Shown here: positions 51,940 through 64,000 of the stretch, piece by piece | Layout of the letters: each line of letters starts with the position of its first letter | Position numbering within the stretch: position 1 is the stretch's first letter | Origin: Heteronotia binoei | Lineage: Eukaryota | Direction of reading: 5' to 3' | Assembly: GCF_032191835.1 (NCBI RefSeq) | Contig: NC_083225.1 | Span: 40,982,001-41,046,000 of the forward strand | DNA length: 64,000 bases | Position numbers and translations under genes: made by a program | Notes under the pieces: generated by a model | Seen by the model: the letters and a program-made list of their open reading frames with translations, nothing else | Database searches by the model: none | What the model was told of the DNA's origin: nothing

Positions 51940-54588
51940 TCTGAAAAATGGAGGGAAAGAGTTGTAATTCCTGTGGGTAAGACAAGCAGAGAATCAAGCG
52001 GGGGTATAGATACCTAAATAAATAATTAAATAATGAGAGATGTGGTTGTAAGATTTGTGACAAGAGACATGATGGGAAAAATTCTAAGTAAACAATTTGA
52101 AAATGCATTGGAGGTGGATGGTAGTAGTGTAAGAATCATGAAAGAATTGCCAAGAAAGGTTATAAATGACAGGAGATTATACAAAAAATTGACTGAAAAG
52201 GTGAGAGAAAATGAAATGAGATACAGATGGATACTTCCAGAAGGTTTAAGTTTTGAACATAAAGAAAAAAGATTTACAATTACAAGCACCCAGGAAACGA
52301 CGAAGTTCTTGGATGAACATAAGAAGTTTGGGAGTACAGACTGAAAATAGAAAATCATGATAGATTACAAATTAATATCTTGGAATGTAAATGGACTTAA
52401 TTCACCACAAAAAAGAAAGGCAACGTTTCATTGGATTGGGAAACAAAAATGTAATATAATTTGCCTACAAGAAGTACACATTAAAAAATGATTATAAATT
52501 TTTATGGAATAAACAACTGGGTGTGGAATTCTGTTCATTGGCTAAGGAGAAAAAAAGGCGAGTTGTTTTTTATATTAAACAAGAATTGGACCCAAAATTG
52601 ATTTTTAAGGATGATAATGGCAGATATATTGCGGTGGAAGTGACGTTGAACTGCAAAAGAACTTTGTTATTGGGATTGAATGCCCCAAATGGAGCAAAAG
52701 ACTCTTTTTAAAAGACATTATGCAACAATTAGACAAAGTGACGTATGAGCAAATCATGCTAATGGGGGATTTTAATGGAACAGTTAAAAATATTCTAGAC
52801 AGATCTGGGGAAAAAAATAATGAAGGAAAATTACCAAAGTCATTTTTTGAATTAGTAAAACAAGAAAGTCTGGAAGGGAGGGAATTTAACCCTAAATAAT
52901 GTGACTATACGTTCTTTTCAGCAAGGCATAATTCTTTCTCAAGAATTGATATGCTATGGAGTACAAAAAATCTTGGACTTATTATGAAAAAAAAAATATT
53001 CTTCCTAAAGTAGGGGCAGATCACAATCCATTAATGTGGTCAACAAAATCCGTGAAAAAGACTAAGATGGCAGATAAATGAAGATTTGCTACAGAAAAAG
53101 GAAGTAGTGGCGTCTCTGGAAAAGGAGACCAAGTCTTTTTTCAAATAAATAAAAAGAGGACATTCAATTTCAAACTGTGTGGGATGCATATAAAGCGGTA
53201 ATGAGGGGTATTTTAATTATATTGAACAATAAAGATAAAAGAGCCAAAGACAAGCTAATGGTGGATGTTCAGAAAGAGATTGTAAAAAAGGAGAAGGAGC
53301 TTAAAAAGAGACCTGGGAAAAAGAAAAATATATGGGAGATTACAATATTACAAAGTCAATTGAGACATTTGTTAAACAAGTGGAATGGAATTTAAAAAGA
53401 CTTCAACAGAAATCTTTTGAAGAAGCGAATAAACCTGGAAAATATTTGACCTGGCAAATGAAGAAAAAAAGGGAGAATAAATTTATTTACAAAATCGTAT
53501 TGGGAGGTAAGGATATTGTTGACCAGGAAGGAATTAAAAGAGAATTCTATAAATATTATGCCAAGTTGTTTAAAAGTCAAAAGATGGACAAGGGAAAAAT
53601 TGAAGTATATTTACAGAAAATTAAAGTAAATCCCTTAACAGAAATTATGGAGAAGATATTAAATGAACCAATTGAAAGAGGAGAAGTAGAGGCGGCAATC
53701 AATTCAATGAAATTAGGGAAAGCACCCAGTCCAGATGGTTTTACGGCAAAATTGTATAAAGTGCTTGTGGAGGCATTATCACCAAAACTTCAGAAATTGA
53801 TGAATATTATAAGAACAGATGGGAAAATACCTGGAACATGGAAAGAAGCAGTAATTTCATTGATACTGAAAGAAGACAGAGATGCCACGAATGTAATAAA
53901 CTATAGACCAATTTCACTACTTGACAATGACTATAAAATATTTGCTAGAATCTTAGCAGAACACCTTAAATAGCATTTGAAGAATGTCATTAAAGAAGAG
54001 CAAGCAGGATTTCTTCCCAGGAGGCAAATTAGAGATAATATCAGAACAGTGGTAGATATTATTGAATATTATGAGAAACATCCGGCAAAAGAAGTAGCAT
54101 TATTTTTTGCAGATGCAGAGAATGCATTTGATAATGTGCAATGGGATTTTATGTTTGCAGTGATGGAGAAAATGAGATTGGGAGAAGACTTTATAAGAAT
54201 GGTGGTGTTATATACTGAACAACAAGTAAGACTTGACGGAAAAGATGATAATTAGTAAAGGAACAAGACAAGGTTGCCCTCTATCTCCATTGATATTTAT
54301 AATGACTTTAGAGGTTTTGCTTTTGCAAATTCAAGAAGATAAGGAGATAGAGGGTTTGAAACGGAGAGGTTTTTCTTACAAATACAGAGCGTTTGCAAAT
54401 GATGTAATGTTTATAAATGAAAATCCCACTCATGTAACACCATTGTTGCTTCGTAAGATACAAGAATATGGAAAATTGGCAGGTTTTCACATAAACAAAG
54501 AAAAATCGAAAATATTGTGCAAAAATATGTCAAAGAGTAAACAGAAAGAATTACAAAATTTAACAGAATGTGAAGTTACTTCTAAAGT
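51940..54588 (+). mobile_element. L1-clade LINE, 5' segment (ORF1 C-terminus; ORF2 APE endonuclease and RT), disrupted
   Basis: ORF1 RDVVVRF...RYRWILPEGLSF; ORF2 from ~52357 LISWNVNGLNSPQKRK...ICLQEVH, NYRPISLL, GTRQGCPLSPL, FANDV; many stops and frameshifts. The 5' limit is approximate. Confidence 0.9.
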
Positions 54589-56037
54589 CAACAACAGCAA
54601 CAGAAAGCCTTTATTGGCATAAAACAGATTTAGCAGTAAAATAGCAATATAAATAATATAAAATCCTAGATTATAGAGTACATAGGAAGCTAATATACAT
54701 AAAATAAGTAAAATATATATGAGTTGAGTTTAGCCAAATTAAATAATTAAAACAAATAAAATATGGTCATTCCAGAACCATTCTCTGTCGTATTTCTATG
54801 GCCTGTTGAAGAAATCCAGCAACCGTTAAAGTTACCTCAGAGCAAGTGTCATTTAAAAGTTTGTGGACTTTGCCTGAATCAGCACAGCCCAACATATCTG
54901 CTAAAATATCTTTCAAGTATATACAACGAATATCATCATAAAGAGGACAATTCAATAATACATGGGAAATAGTTTCAATACACTTGGGATTACAAAGACA
55001 ATGTCTATTTGAGTACTCAATCCTGTTAAATCTACCAAATAAGATAGCAGATGGTAATGCATTACATCTCGTTAATGAGAACGCACGCTGTTGCTGTGGA
55101 GCTTGGCGAGAGGAGAAATACGACGCTAATTTCCCTACTGAGAGAGGAAGTTCAAAATTCAGTGGGGAGCAAGACTTGTTGGCCAGGCTATATAACATTT
55201 GTATTTCAATATCTAGAATTCTGAGCTTAAGTTTCAAAAAGGCATCTTTTAAGGATAGCATAAGAAGTGAATCTAAATCAATGCTCATAGATTTAATTTT
55301 CTTCTCAATAAATACTAGCCAATTTGACAAATTAGATTCTGAGAGCAGTTGAAATAAAAGGCTCTCTGAGTCAGAGTGGAAATGTAGCCGTAACCAATAT
55401 TTAAGTGACATTAGCCATGCTTGTGTTTCCACAAGATTCGTCCCTGTTTCTAAACATAAAACTGCATATGGTACGGACTTTGGGAATCCCAGGATTTTCC
55501 GTAGGAATTTTGATTGGACACCTTCAATGTTATTATCCAAGGCTGTGATCCACACTGGGACCCCATATAAAAGCTGCGGTATCACTTTAGCCTTAAAGAT
55601 TTTTAGCGCGGCTGGGATAAACTGATTGCCTCTCCTGTAAAAGAAGCGCTGGATAGCTGCAACGCTAACATTGATTGACTTAATTATACAGTTACGATGA
55701 TTAGTCCAAAGTGTGTTAAATTGAAAATGAATTCCTAGGTAGTACTTGTAGTATTTTACTTGTTCTATCTCTTTGCTGCCTATTGACCATTTAGTTGGTT
55801 TCCAAGATTTGGAAAAAAACAACAATTTTAGATTTGTCATAGTTCAATAGGAGCTTATTGTTGTTAAGGAAGGTGATACAGCGAACAAGCAAACGTTTTA
55901 ATCCAATTCTGGAACAAGATAGTAAGACTGTATCGTCCGCATATAACAGTAAGGGAACATGTCTGGCACCAAGTTTTGGACTATGATGGTCAATATCTGA
56001 CAAAAAGGGAGCAAGATCATTAAGGAAGAGGTTAAAT
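54589..56037 (-). mobile_element. RTE-X-like non-LTR retrotransposon, 3' segment (RT C-half, C-terminal CCHC knuckle, 3' UTR, (TGT)n-like tail)
   Basis: FNLFLNDL, LLLYADD, KYYLG, LLYGVPVW, CLCNPKCIETISHVLLNCPLY; ends atgccaataaaggctttctgttgctgttgttg. LINE identity is firm; clade assignment is from memory. Confidence 0.75.
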
Positions 56038-59000
56038 GAATCAGCCTTAACCAAACAAAAAGCTGGTGATTCACACCCAGTAATTAATAACAGCAGTAAG
56101 CCGGATGGGGCAGTGCTGAGTGCTCTAAACAGCACTGTGTGCAACAATTCTAATGACCCATTTGATTTGATCAGCCTTGTTGCTATAACAGTTGAGCACA
56201 TCTATAATCAACTAAAACTGCTGCATAGCAAAATTGATCATGCCAGTAAGCAGATCTCTTACTTTGGAAAGAGACTCCTGGAACTGGGAGAGATGGAATC
56301 TCCAAAAAGCCCCTTTTTGGATAGCTATCCCAAGACTGCCTTTCCAAAGCAAGTAACAAAGTCAACAACAGGTTACAAATTAAAGTCTTCATCCAATGAG
56401 CGAGAGCAACTTTATAAACTTATCCTCACCCCAAACAAAATCTGTTTAACCATCTGCAACTACAAGAGGAAGGGCCCTTTGTGGAACTCTATGCAACTAT
56501 CCAAAAGACATCTAAGAACTTTATTCCCAGGGGAAACGGCTAGGATTGATCTACATGAGATAGATTTCTTTGATGCTTGTTCCCAGTCACAGAGGGTGCT
56601 TTTATCATTCAGGTCAGCACAGATTCGTCAGCTTCTGTTACGATCAAAAAATATCTCTCATCCAAAGGAATCTTTCCTACGCGCGTCTTTAAGAATGAAA
56701 TCATTCTACCCCTGATTCATCGAAAGAAATATCTAGACCTACAGAATAACTCTCATAAGAACATAAGAACATAAGAGAAGCCATATTGGATCAGGCCAAT
56801 GGCCCATCCAGTCCAACATTCTGTGTCACACAGTGGCAAAAATTTTTATATATACACACATACTGTGGCTAATAGCCACTGATGGACCTCTGCTCCATAT
56901 TTTTATCTAAACCCCACTTGAAGGTGGCTATGCTTGTGGCCGCCACCACCTCCTGTGGCAGTGAATTCCACATGTTAATCACCCTTTGGGTGAAGAAGTA
57001 CTGCCTTTTATCCGTTTTAACCTGTCTGCTCAGCAATTTCATTGAATGCCCACGAGTTCTTGTATTGTGAGAAAGGGAGAAAAGTACTTCTTTCTCTACT
57101 TTCTCCATCCCATGCATTATCTTGTAAACCTCTATCATGTCACCCCGCAGTCGACGTTTTTCCAAGCTAAAGAGTCCCAAGCGTTTCAACCTTTCTTCAT
57201 AGGGAAAGTGTTCCAGCCCTTTAATCATTCTAGTTGCCCTTTTCTGGACTTTCTCCAATGCTATAATATCCTTTTTGAGGTGCGGTGACCAGAACTGCAC
57301 ACAGTACTCCAAATGAGACCGCACCATCGATTTATACAGGGGCATTATGATACTGGCTGATTTGTTTTCAATTCCCTTCCTAATAATTCCCAGCATGGCG
57401 TTGGCCTTTTTTATTGCAAACGCACACTGTCTTGACATTTTCAGTGAGTTATCTATCACGACCCCAAGATCTCTCTCTTGGTCAGTCTCTTCCAGTTCAC
57501 ACCCCATCAATTTGTATTTGTAGCTGGGATTCTTGGCCCCAATGTGCATTACTTTGCACTTGGCCACATTGAACCGCATCTGCCAAGTTGACGCCCACTC
57601 ACCCAGCCTCAACAGATCCCTTTGGAGTTCCTCACAATCCTCTCTGGTTCTCACCACCCTGAACAATTTAGTGTCATCCGCAATTGTGGCCACTTCACTG
57701 CTCACTCCCAACTCTAAATCATTTATGAACAAGTTAAAGAGCATAGGACCCAGTACCGAGCCCTGCGGCACCCCACTGCTTCCCGTCCTCCACTGCGAAG
57801 ACTGCCCATTTATACTCACTCTCTGCTTTCTATTACTCAGCCAGTTTTTGATCCATAAGAGGACCTGTCCTTTTACTCCATGACTCTCAAGCTTTCTAAG
57901 GAGTCTTTGATGAGGAACTTTATCAAAAGCTTTCTGGAAGTCAAGGTAAACAACATCTATTGGGTCTCCTTTGTCCACATGTTTGTTCACCCCCTCAAAG
58001 AAATGTAACAGGTTAGTGAGGCAAGATCTTCCTTTGCAGAACCCATGCTGAGTCTTCCTCAATAACCTGTGTTCATCAATGTGCCTACTCATTCTGTCCT
58101 TGATAATGGTTTCTACCAACTTTCCTGGTATTGAAGTCAGACTGATAGGCCTGTAATTTCCCGAATCTCCTCTGGAACCCTTTTTAAAGATGGGGTGACA
58201 TTTGCTACCTTCCAGTCCTCAGGAACGGAGGCAGATTTCAATGAAAGATTACAGATTTTTGTTAGAAGATCCACAAGTTCAACTTTGAGTTCTTTCAGAA
58301 CTCTCGGATGTATGCCATCCGGACCCGGTGACATTAGTTTTTAATTTGTCTATCAGTTGTAGGACCTCCTCTTTTGTCACCTCAATCTGACTCAGGTCTT
58401 TCAACACCCCTTCCAACATTAGTGGTTCTGGGGTGGGCAAAAAGTTCTCGTCTTCCACAGTGAAGACGGAGGCAAAAAATTCATTCAGCCTCTCAGCCGT
58501 TTCCCTATCCTCCTTCAGTAATCCTTTTACACCATGGTCATCCAAGGGCCCCACTGCCTCCCTGGCTGGTTTCCTACTTCTAATATATTTGAAGAAATTT
58601 TTATTGTTGGTCTTTATGTTTTTTGCAATATGCTCCTCATAGTCCCTTTTTGCCTGCCTGATCACAGTCTTGCGTTTGATTTGCCACAGCCTGTGTTCCC
58701 TTTTACTAATCTCACTTGGACTGGTTTTCCACTGCTTAAAGGAGTCCTTCTTACCTTTTACAGCTTCCATTACTTTGTTAACCACGCAGGCCTTTTCTTA
58801 TGCCTGTTTGTGCCTTTCCTAACTTGTGGTATGTATTTTATCTGAGCTTCTAGGATTATAGTTTTAAATAGTGTCCAAGCTTCCCCAAGGGTTTTGACCG
58901 TATTTACCTTTCCTTTCAGTTTCCTCCTCACATGCCTCCTCATCTCAGTGTATTTACCCCTTTTAAAGTTAAACGTGGTTGTGGCGGTCTTTTTGGACAA

Positions 59001-59944
59001 CTCCCTATTTATACAAATGGTGAAATCAATAACATTATGGTCACTGCTCCCAAGCGGCGCAATCACTTTTACATCTCTCACCAAGTCTTGGGCATCACTT
59101 AAGACTAAATCCAGGATCGCCCCACCCCTGGTAGGTTCTCAGACCATCTGCTCCATAGCACAGTCATTGAGAGCATCAAGAAACTCAGTCTCTTTCTCTC
59201 TACCAGAACACATATTGACCCAATCAGTCTGCGGGTAGTTAAAATCACCTATTACGACACAGTTTTTACGTTTAGCCTCTATCTTTAAGCCTTCCATCAT
59301 ACTATAATCGTCCTCTCTCTTTTGATTTGGTGGGCGATAACAAACTCCCATAGTTAAATTTCCTTTTGGGCCCTCTATTTCAACCCAAAGCATTTCTAAA
59401 CTATCTCCAACAGTTGCAGATAGATCAGGTGGCATCTTGAATGCAAACACTTCATCTGCCACAGTAAATTTGTCACCTCAATCTTATCCTCTTAATGAAT
59501 TTATGGAGGTTCTTTCTGGAACTAACATCTTGGTAGACAATATTACAGATCAGTTCCAATCCCTCCAGTCTTATGATCAACAAGACATTTTAAAAAGACT
59601 AGACTTGTTGAAAGAAAGCCTCTTATTGAAGGTGAGTGGGCAGCAAAAGAGCTCTCCTGGGTCTTCCTCTATCGAGTTGAGAGAGCTTCAATATGTGCCT
59701 CTGATTGACCTAGATCAACAAGATCCTCCTCGCGCTTCAATTTCCATTCGCCCTCCTTTAACAAACTCTGATGTGGATAATACGATATCTACTCATCCAT
59801 CTGAGATTTCACTAACCACTTACCCCCAACCTGAAAACAGGCGGCCTTCGGAAAGGCTGGTCATAGCTGAAATCCATCCAGGGCCCACCACGTCTATGGA
59901 TAATTCCATCAATCCTAAGGATAATTTCATCTGGCCAAGCCTTT
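56038..59944 (+). pseudogene. Unidentified ORF1-like frame (56038-56753 + 59398-59944) split by CR1; putative inverted 5' part of the RTE-X-like LINE
   Basis: Removing the CR1 gives the in-frame junction DLQNNS|KLSPTVADRSG; one frameshift near 56645; lies inside the 14-bp TSD pair. Confidence 0.65.
56754..59397 (-). mobile_element. CR1 LINE, 5'-truncated in the endonuclease (2.64 kb), young
   Basis: GVCYRPP, IGDFNYP, QHGFCKGRSCLTNL, YLDFQKAFDKVPH, GVPQGSVLGP; 416-aa open RT stretch (56869-58119); (TTCTTATG)n tail at 56754. Confidence 0.95.
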
Positions 59945-61765
59945 GTTACTTCTTAAGTAAAATATTTAGGTGTGGAAATCACAACAAAAAATATTGATTT
60001 GTATAAAAGTAATTATGAGAAGCTTTGGTGTAAGATTGATGGAGATTTGATAAAATGGAACAAGTTGAATTTGTCTTTACTGGGCAGAATTTCCGCAATT
60101 AAAATGAATGTCTTACCAAGAATCATGTTCCTGTTTCAAACAATTCCAATAGTGAAAGATAATAAACCATTTAGCAAATGGCAAAAGAAAATTTCAGAAT
60201 TTGTATGGGCCGGGAAAAAACCAAGAATTAAAATGAAAATTTTGATTGATTCAAAAGAAAGGGGAGGTTTCCAACTGCCTGACTTAAAGCTGTACCATGA
60301 TGCAGTATCCCTGGTGTGGATTAAGGAATGGATGACATTATTAAATAGAAAACTACTAGTACTAGAAGGTCATGGAAATGTTTTTGGTTGCCATGTATAT
60401 ATGTGTTATGCGAAAAGTAAGATGGATGGTTTTTTTCAAACATCGCTATATAAGAAGCAATTTGTTAAATATATGGTTAAAATATAAAAGATATGGAGAT
60501 GAAAGGAAACTGCTTTGGATTGTGCCAACAGAAGTAATAAAATTATATTTTTATATCAATGAAGAGAAATGGCTATCATACAAACAATTGTTAAAAATAC
60601 ATGGAGGGAAGGTGGAGTTAAAATCGGCTGAAGAATTACAATATACAATATAAATTACAATATAAATATAACTGGCTTCAATTGCAACAGATTAAAAGTT
60701 TGCTTGAACAGGACATTAAAAATGATAAAACAAGAACAAACAGAACTGGAGAGAATGCTGTTTGGTGATAACGAAAAATTGATTTCAAGAATTTATAAAC
60801 TATTGTTGAAATGGTCTACGGAAGATGAAGAAGTCAAATCTCAAATGATGAGGTGGGCGATAAATATAAATAAGGAAATACAAATGGAGTCATGGGAGTA
60901 CTTATGGAAGAACTCTATGAAGATATCGACATGTTATAACATTAAAGAAAACTTTTAAAATATTATATAGGTGGTATATGACACCTAAGAAACTGGAAAC
61001 AATGAACAATCAGGTGTTGGACAGATGTTGGAAATGTAAAAAACATGAGGGATCTTTCTACCATATGTGGTGGACTTGTGAAAAGGCAAAGCAATTTTGG
61101 CAAATGATTCAGCGAGAGATCTCAAAAATTTTGGGTTATAATATTAAGAAGGCACCAGACATCTTTTTGTTTGGATTACAAATGGAAAAATTTACAAAAC
61201 AAGATAGAACGATAATTTGGTACATGCTTTCAGCTGCAAGGACATTATATGCACAGATGTGGAAGCAGGATAAAATACCAGAAAGTTATGCATTGGAGTG
61301 AAATGGACAAACTTACAAGAATCTTAAAAGAAAATGATCTAGAGAAGTTTAAAAATGAATAGGGAACATTTCAAATATATGTTGAAAAACAATGGAAAGT
61401 TAAAGGATACTTGGTGATTTTTGACAATAGTTGAACTTTGAAAGAGGTATATAGACTATAGTCAAAAGTGGGAATATACTTTCTTTTTAATTTTCTTTTG
61501 ATAAGGACTAAAGGATTATAATGAAGATGAATTATAATTATTATATATGTTTTTTTCTTTTTATCTTCTTGCTGGAAGATTTTTTTATGAAGATTCTTTA
61601 TTTGAAAAAATTACCTTTTAGTTTTAGCAATTTACTTAAAATACACCATTGAAGGTCACGAAAAGGGGGGGGAGGAGAAAAATGTAATGTGTTTGTATGA
61701 ACTTTTAATAATTGATGAGTATTATTTCAAAATATTACAGGATAATAAAATTGTTATTAAAAAAA
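59945..61765 (+). mobile_element. L1-clade LINE, 3' segment (ORF2 C-terminus, Zn knuckle, 3' UTR, poly-A)
   Basis: Resumes KYLGVEIT...LSLLGRISAIKMNVLPR...GGFQLPD...CWKCKKHEGSFYHMWWTC; AATAAA and A-rich end near 61743-61765. Confidence 0.92.
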
Positions 61766-63199
61766 GAAGTCTATACACACTTAGTGTAGACTAGATCATG
61801 TTTGTTCAGTTACATTTTTCAGATTTACATAACTCTAAGGCCAAGATTGTCAGTAAGGTTCCAGGATAGGTATGTGACTAGCTACCTTTTCCATTGCAGC
61901 ATTTTTATTGTATTTATAATGTGTGCTGATAATGGCTCTTTGTTGTTAGTTCTTTTTGTTCCCTCATGGCATAGTTTAGTGCTCTGCTATTTTTTCCAGA
62001 ACAGGGACTCACTCACCTTTTAATCCCTGGCTGCAACCATGGGACCTGCTTCTATTTTTGAAACATACGCGTGAATATTTTCTCTTTTCACTGCATTTTC
62101 TTCTTTCTCCTGTCCATGTTTTCCCTTCTCTTGAATATATATCAAGAAATTATGACAAGAGTAGCAATGCTGCTAGTGAAACTCGTTTTGGGTCATTGGG
62201 TGACTCAAAAGTTGACAATCAGTTTGCTGGAAATGTTAAACTTTGGTTCTTTGGAGCTGTGTCAGACAGAGGCTTGTGCTACCTCAGCTACAGCAGGAAT
62301 CTGTGCTCCCTAAGGCAGATGGAGCCATTGTGCTTTTCTGTTCTTCTGCTCCTGGTATTTTGCAAACACAGGTCATTTTAAGAGCACTGGGAGGGCTCCA
62401 GATTGCCTGACTGTATCATAACCTCAGTCCTCCCCCTCTCTCTTGATAGTTCAGGACAAGTTTATGGAAGCCAAGACTTACTGCATTGAAAATAAAGTTT
62501 CAGTATTTAGCTGCAATGGAACACACATACAGTCTCCACAGATTTATAAATTATTAATTAGGCATATTGATTTTAACAAAATAAGAATAATAAACAAGGA
62601 TAGCAATCAGTAATTTTTAATTAGCACATGCATCAGTTAATTAAAATAACCAGTTATACATATCATCCAACTGCTTACAGAAGGAAGCCAAAGGATTAAA
62701 ATAGGTTTGTTTTAACAGTTAGAATGGCACTGCACCTAATGGCGCCAAACATTTTTGTAAATAGGTTTGATAAGAGAAAGCATAACAAATTTACTCAGCT
62801 ATGGACATATGGTGATTACTTTGGACATTATTTGTACTTAGTCTCTTTTACAAATAAATTTATATATGGCTATTTGTTGTTTTTGTGTTCAATCATTATG
62901 GGCAACAAAAAATATTAGTAGGAATAGACTGTATCCAACCACACACTCCCAAAACTTAAGATCACTCATATTTTTGGAGAGGGGTGAGTGAGATGGTGAT
63001 TTCTGCCTCCCAGTACAGACATCTATTTTGTCCTCATTATTGTTCAGGAAGGTCTACTGCTGCCCCCCTCCGAAACAATGTCTGAGTGGGTCCTAATGAT
63101 CTCCCTCCCTTCTGAAAGCATTAAGTGTCATTAAGTCTTGGAATTGCTTGGTTGGATACAGGCCAATGTGTTCTGATACATTTCAGATGTGATTACAGA

Positions 63200-64000
63200 A
63201 TACGATGGTTTAAGTGAAAGTGATAATGCAGTGTGGGCATCCTAAAGTTGTTATTAAGATGAGAATAAGCTAAAATACAAAAACTACCTCTAAAATGCAG
63301 GGGAAGTTGCTTAATAAAGTTGTCTGACATGGAGTAGATTTAAAAAACTCATGGAGTAGATTAAAAAAACTCTGTTATTTCTGATATGTTGATATATTCA
63401 TATATTGATATGAGAACTTCCAAAAAGCTTTTTACAAAATTTAGTTATCACAGACCGATTTCGCTCTCACCCTATGCTGTTCTGACGTTCCTCTTTTCAG
63501 CGTGACGTCCTTCTGATTTCCCACTCTCTGCCCTGGGGCTTCAGCTTGCATTGCCGTTTTTGTGCGGCAAAGAGAAACTGGTTTTTAATGGTTTCTCTTT
63601 GCCTTGCAAAAATAGCAACGCAAGCTGAAGCCCTGGGGCAGATAGAGGGAAATTGGAAGGACGCTGCATTGAAAAGAAATTTCAGAGTGGCATAGGGTGA
63701 GTGCGAAATCGGTCACAGAGTAAGCAGATTTATCACAGATCTGTAACTGGCTAAATAATGTCAGATAGAGGATGGGAGTAAACAAACACAGGACAAAATG
63801 TGTGGAAATACGTAGCGGGGCCCACCAAGGCTCTATTTTGAGACCAGTAATTTATTCTTAAGTGTTCTGGAGTCGAGGTTGAACTTAAATTTGAAATTGA
63901 TACCAGATTATTCATAATGGGGAAAATTGCATCATAATACAAAGATCTGTTAAAATGAGTTTCCCAAGCTGGATTAAAGGGCAACAAAATGGCAAATGAT
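63200..64000 (+). mobile_element. Old degraded CR1 RT fragment
   Basis: acttccaaaaagcttt (DFQKAF) and gggcaacaaaatggcaaatg (WATKWQM-like) remnants; boundaries approximate. Confidence 0.55.
63453..63714. mobile_element. Fully palindromic Harbinger-like MITE inside the old CR1
   Basis: 25-bp TIR gaccgatttcgc(t/a)ctcaccctatgc with 1 mismatch; arms pair to the centre; ACA on both sides (3-bp TSD). Confidence 0.82.

Noticed and set aside
62058-62381. 80-107 aa ORFs after the L1
   Set aside because: No motifs, no convincing splice or start context; consistent with chance.

Overview
Eukaryotic, squamate reptile DNA, most likely a gecko (inferred from Sauria-type and MIR/CORE-like Squam3-type SINEs). 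The window lies inside the + strand gene PCCA (propionyl-CoA carboxylase alpha). Five coding exons are present (6217-6330, 8206-8259, 40791-40922, 45082-45118, 49328-49406; sizes 114/54/132/37/79 nt, matching human exons 5-9 as I recall them). All have AG/GT boundaries and splice into one open frame; the next exon is not in the window. The rest is intron, rich in transposable elements. Two complexes stand out. (1) 16.8-21.1 kb: a 5'-truncated Ngaro-type tyrosine-recombinase retrotransposon (RNase H, tyrosine recombinase, extra SGNH-hydrolase ORF, B1-A2-B2 split direct repeats), with a young L2 LINE inserted in B1. (2) 51.9-61.8 kb: three nested LINEs. An L1-clade LINE is interrupted, with a 14-bp target-site duplication (TSD), by an RTE-X-like LINE whose 5' part appears inverted, and that part is itself interrupted by a CR1. 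Removing the CR1 restores an unrecognised ~420-aa ORF1-like frame. Many hAT-type MITEs (8-bp TSDs), Harbinger-like MITEs (3-bp TSDs), tRNA- and 5S-derived SINEs, Penelope fragments and a 163-N gap make up the remainder. Family names come from motif recognition and memory, not database searches. I see no prokaryotic-type system such as CRISPR.
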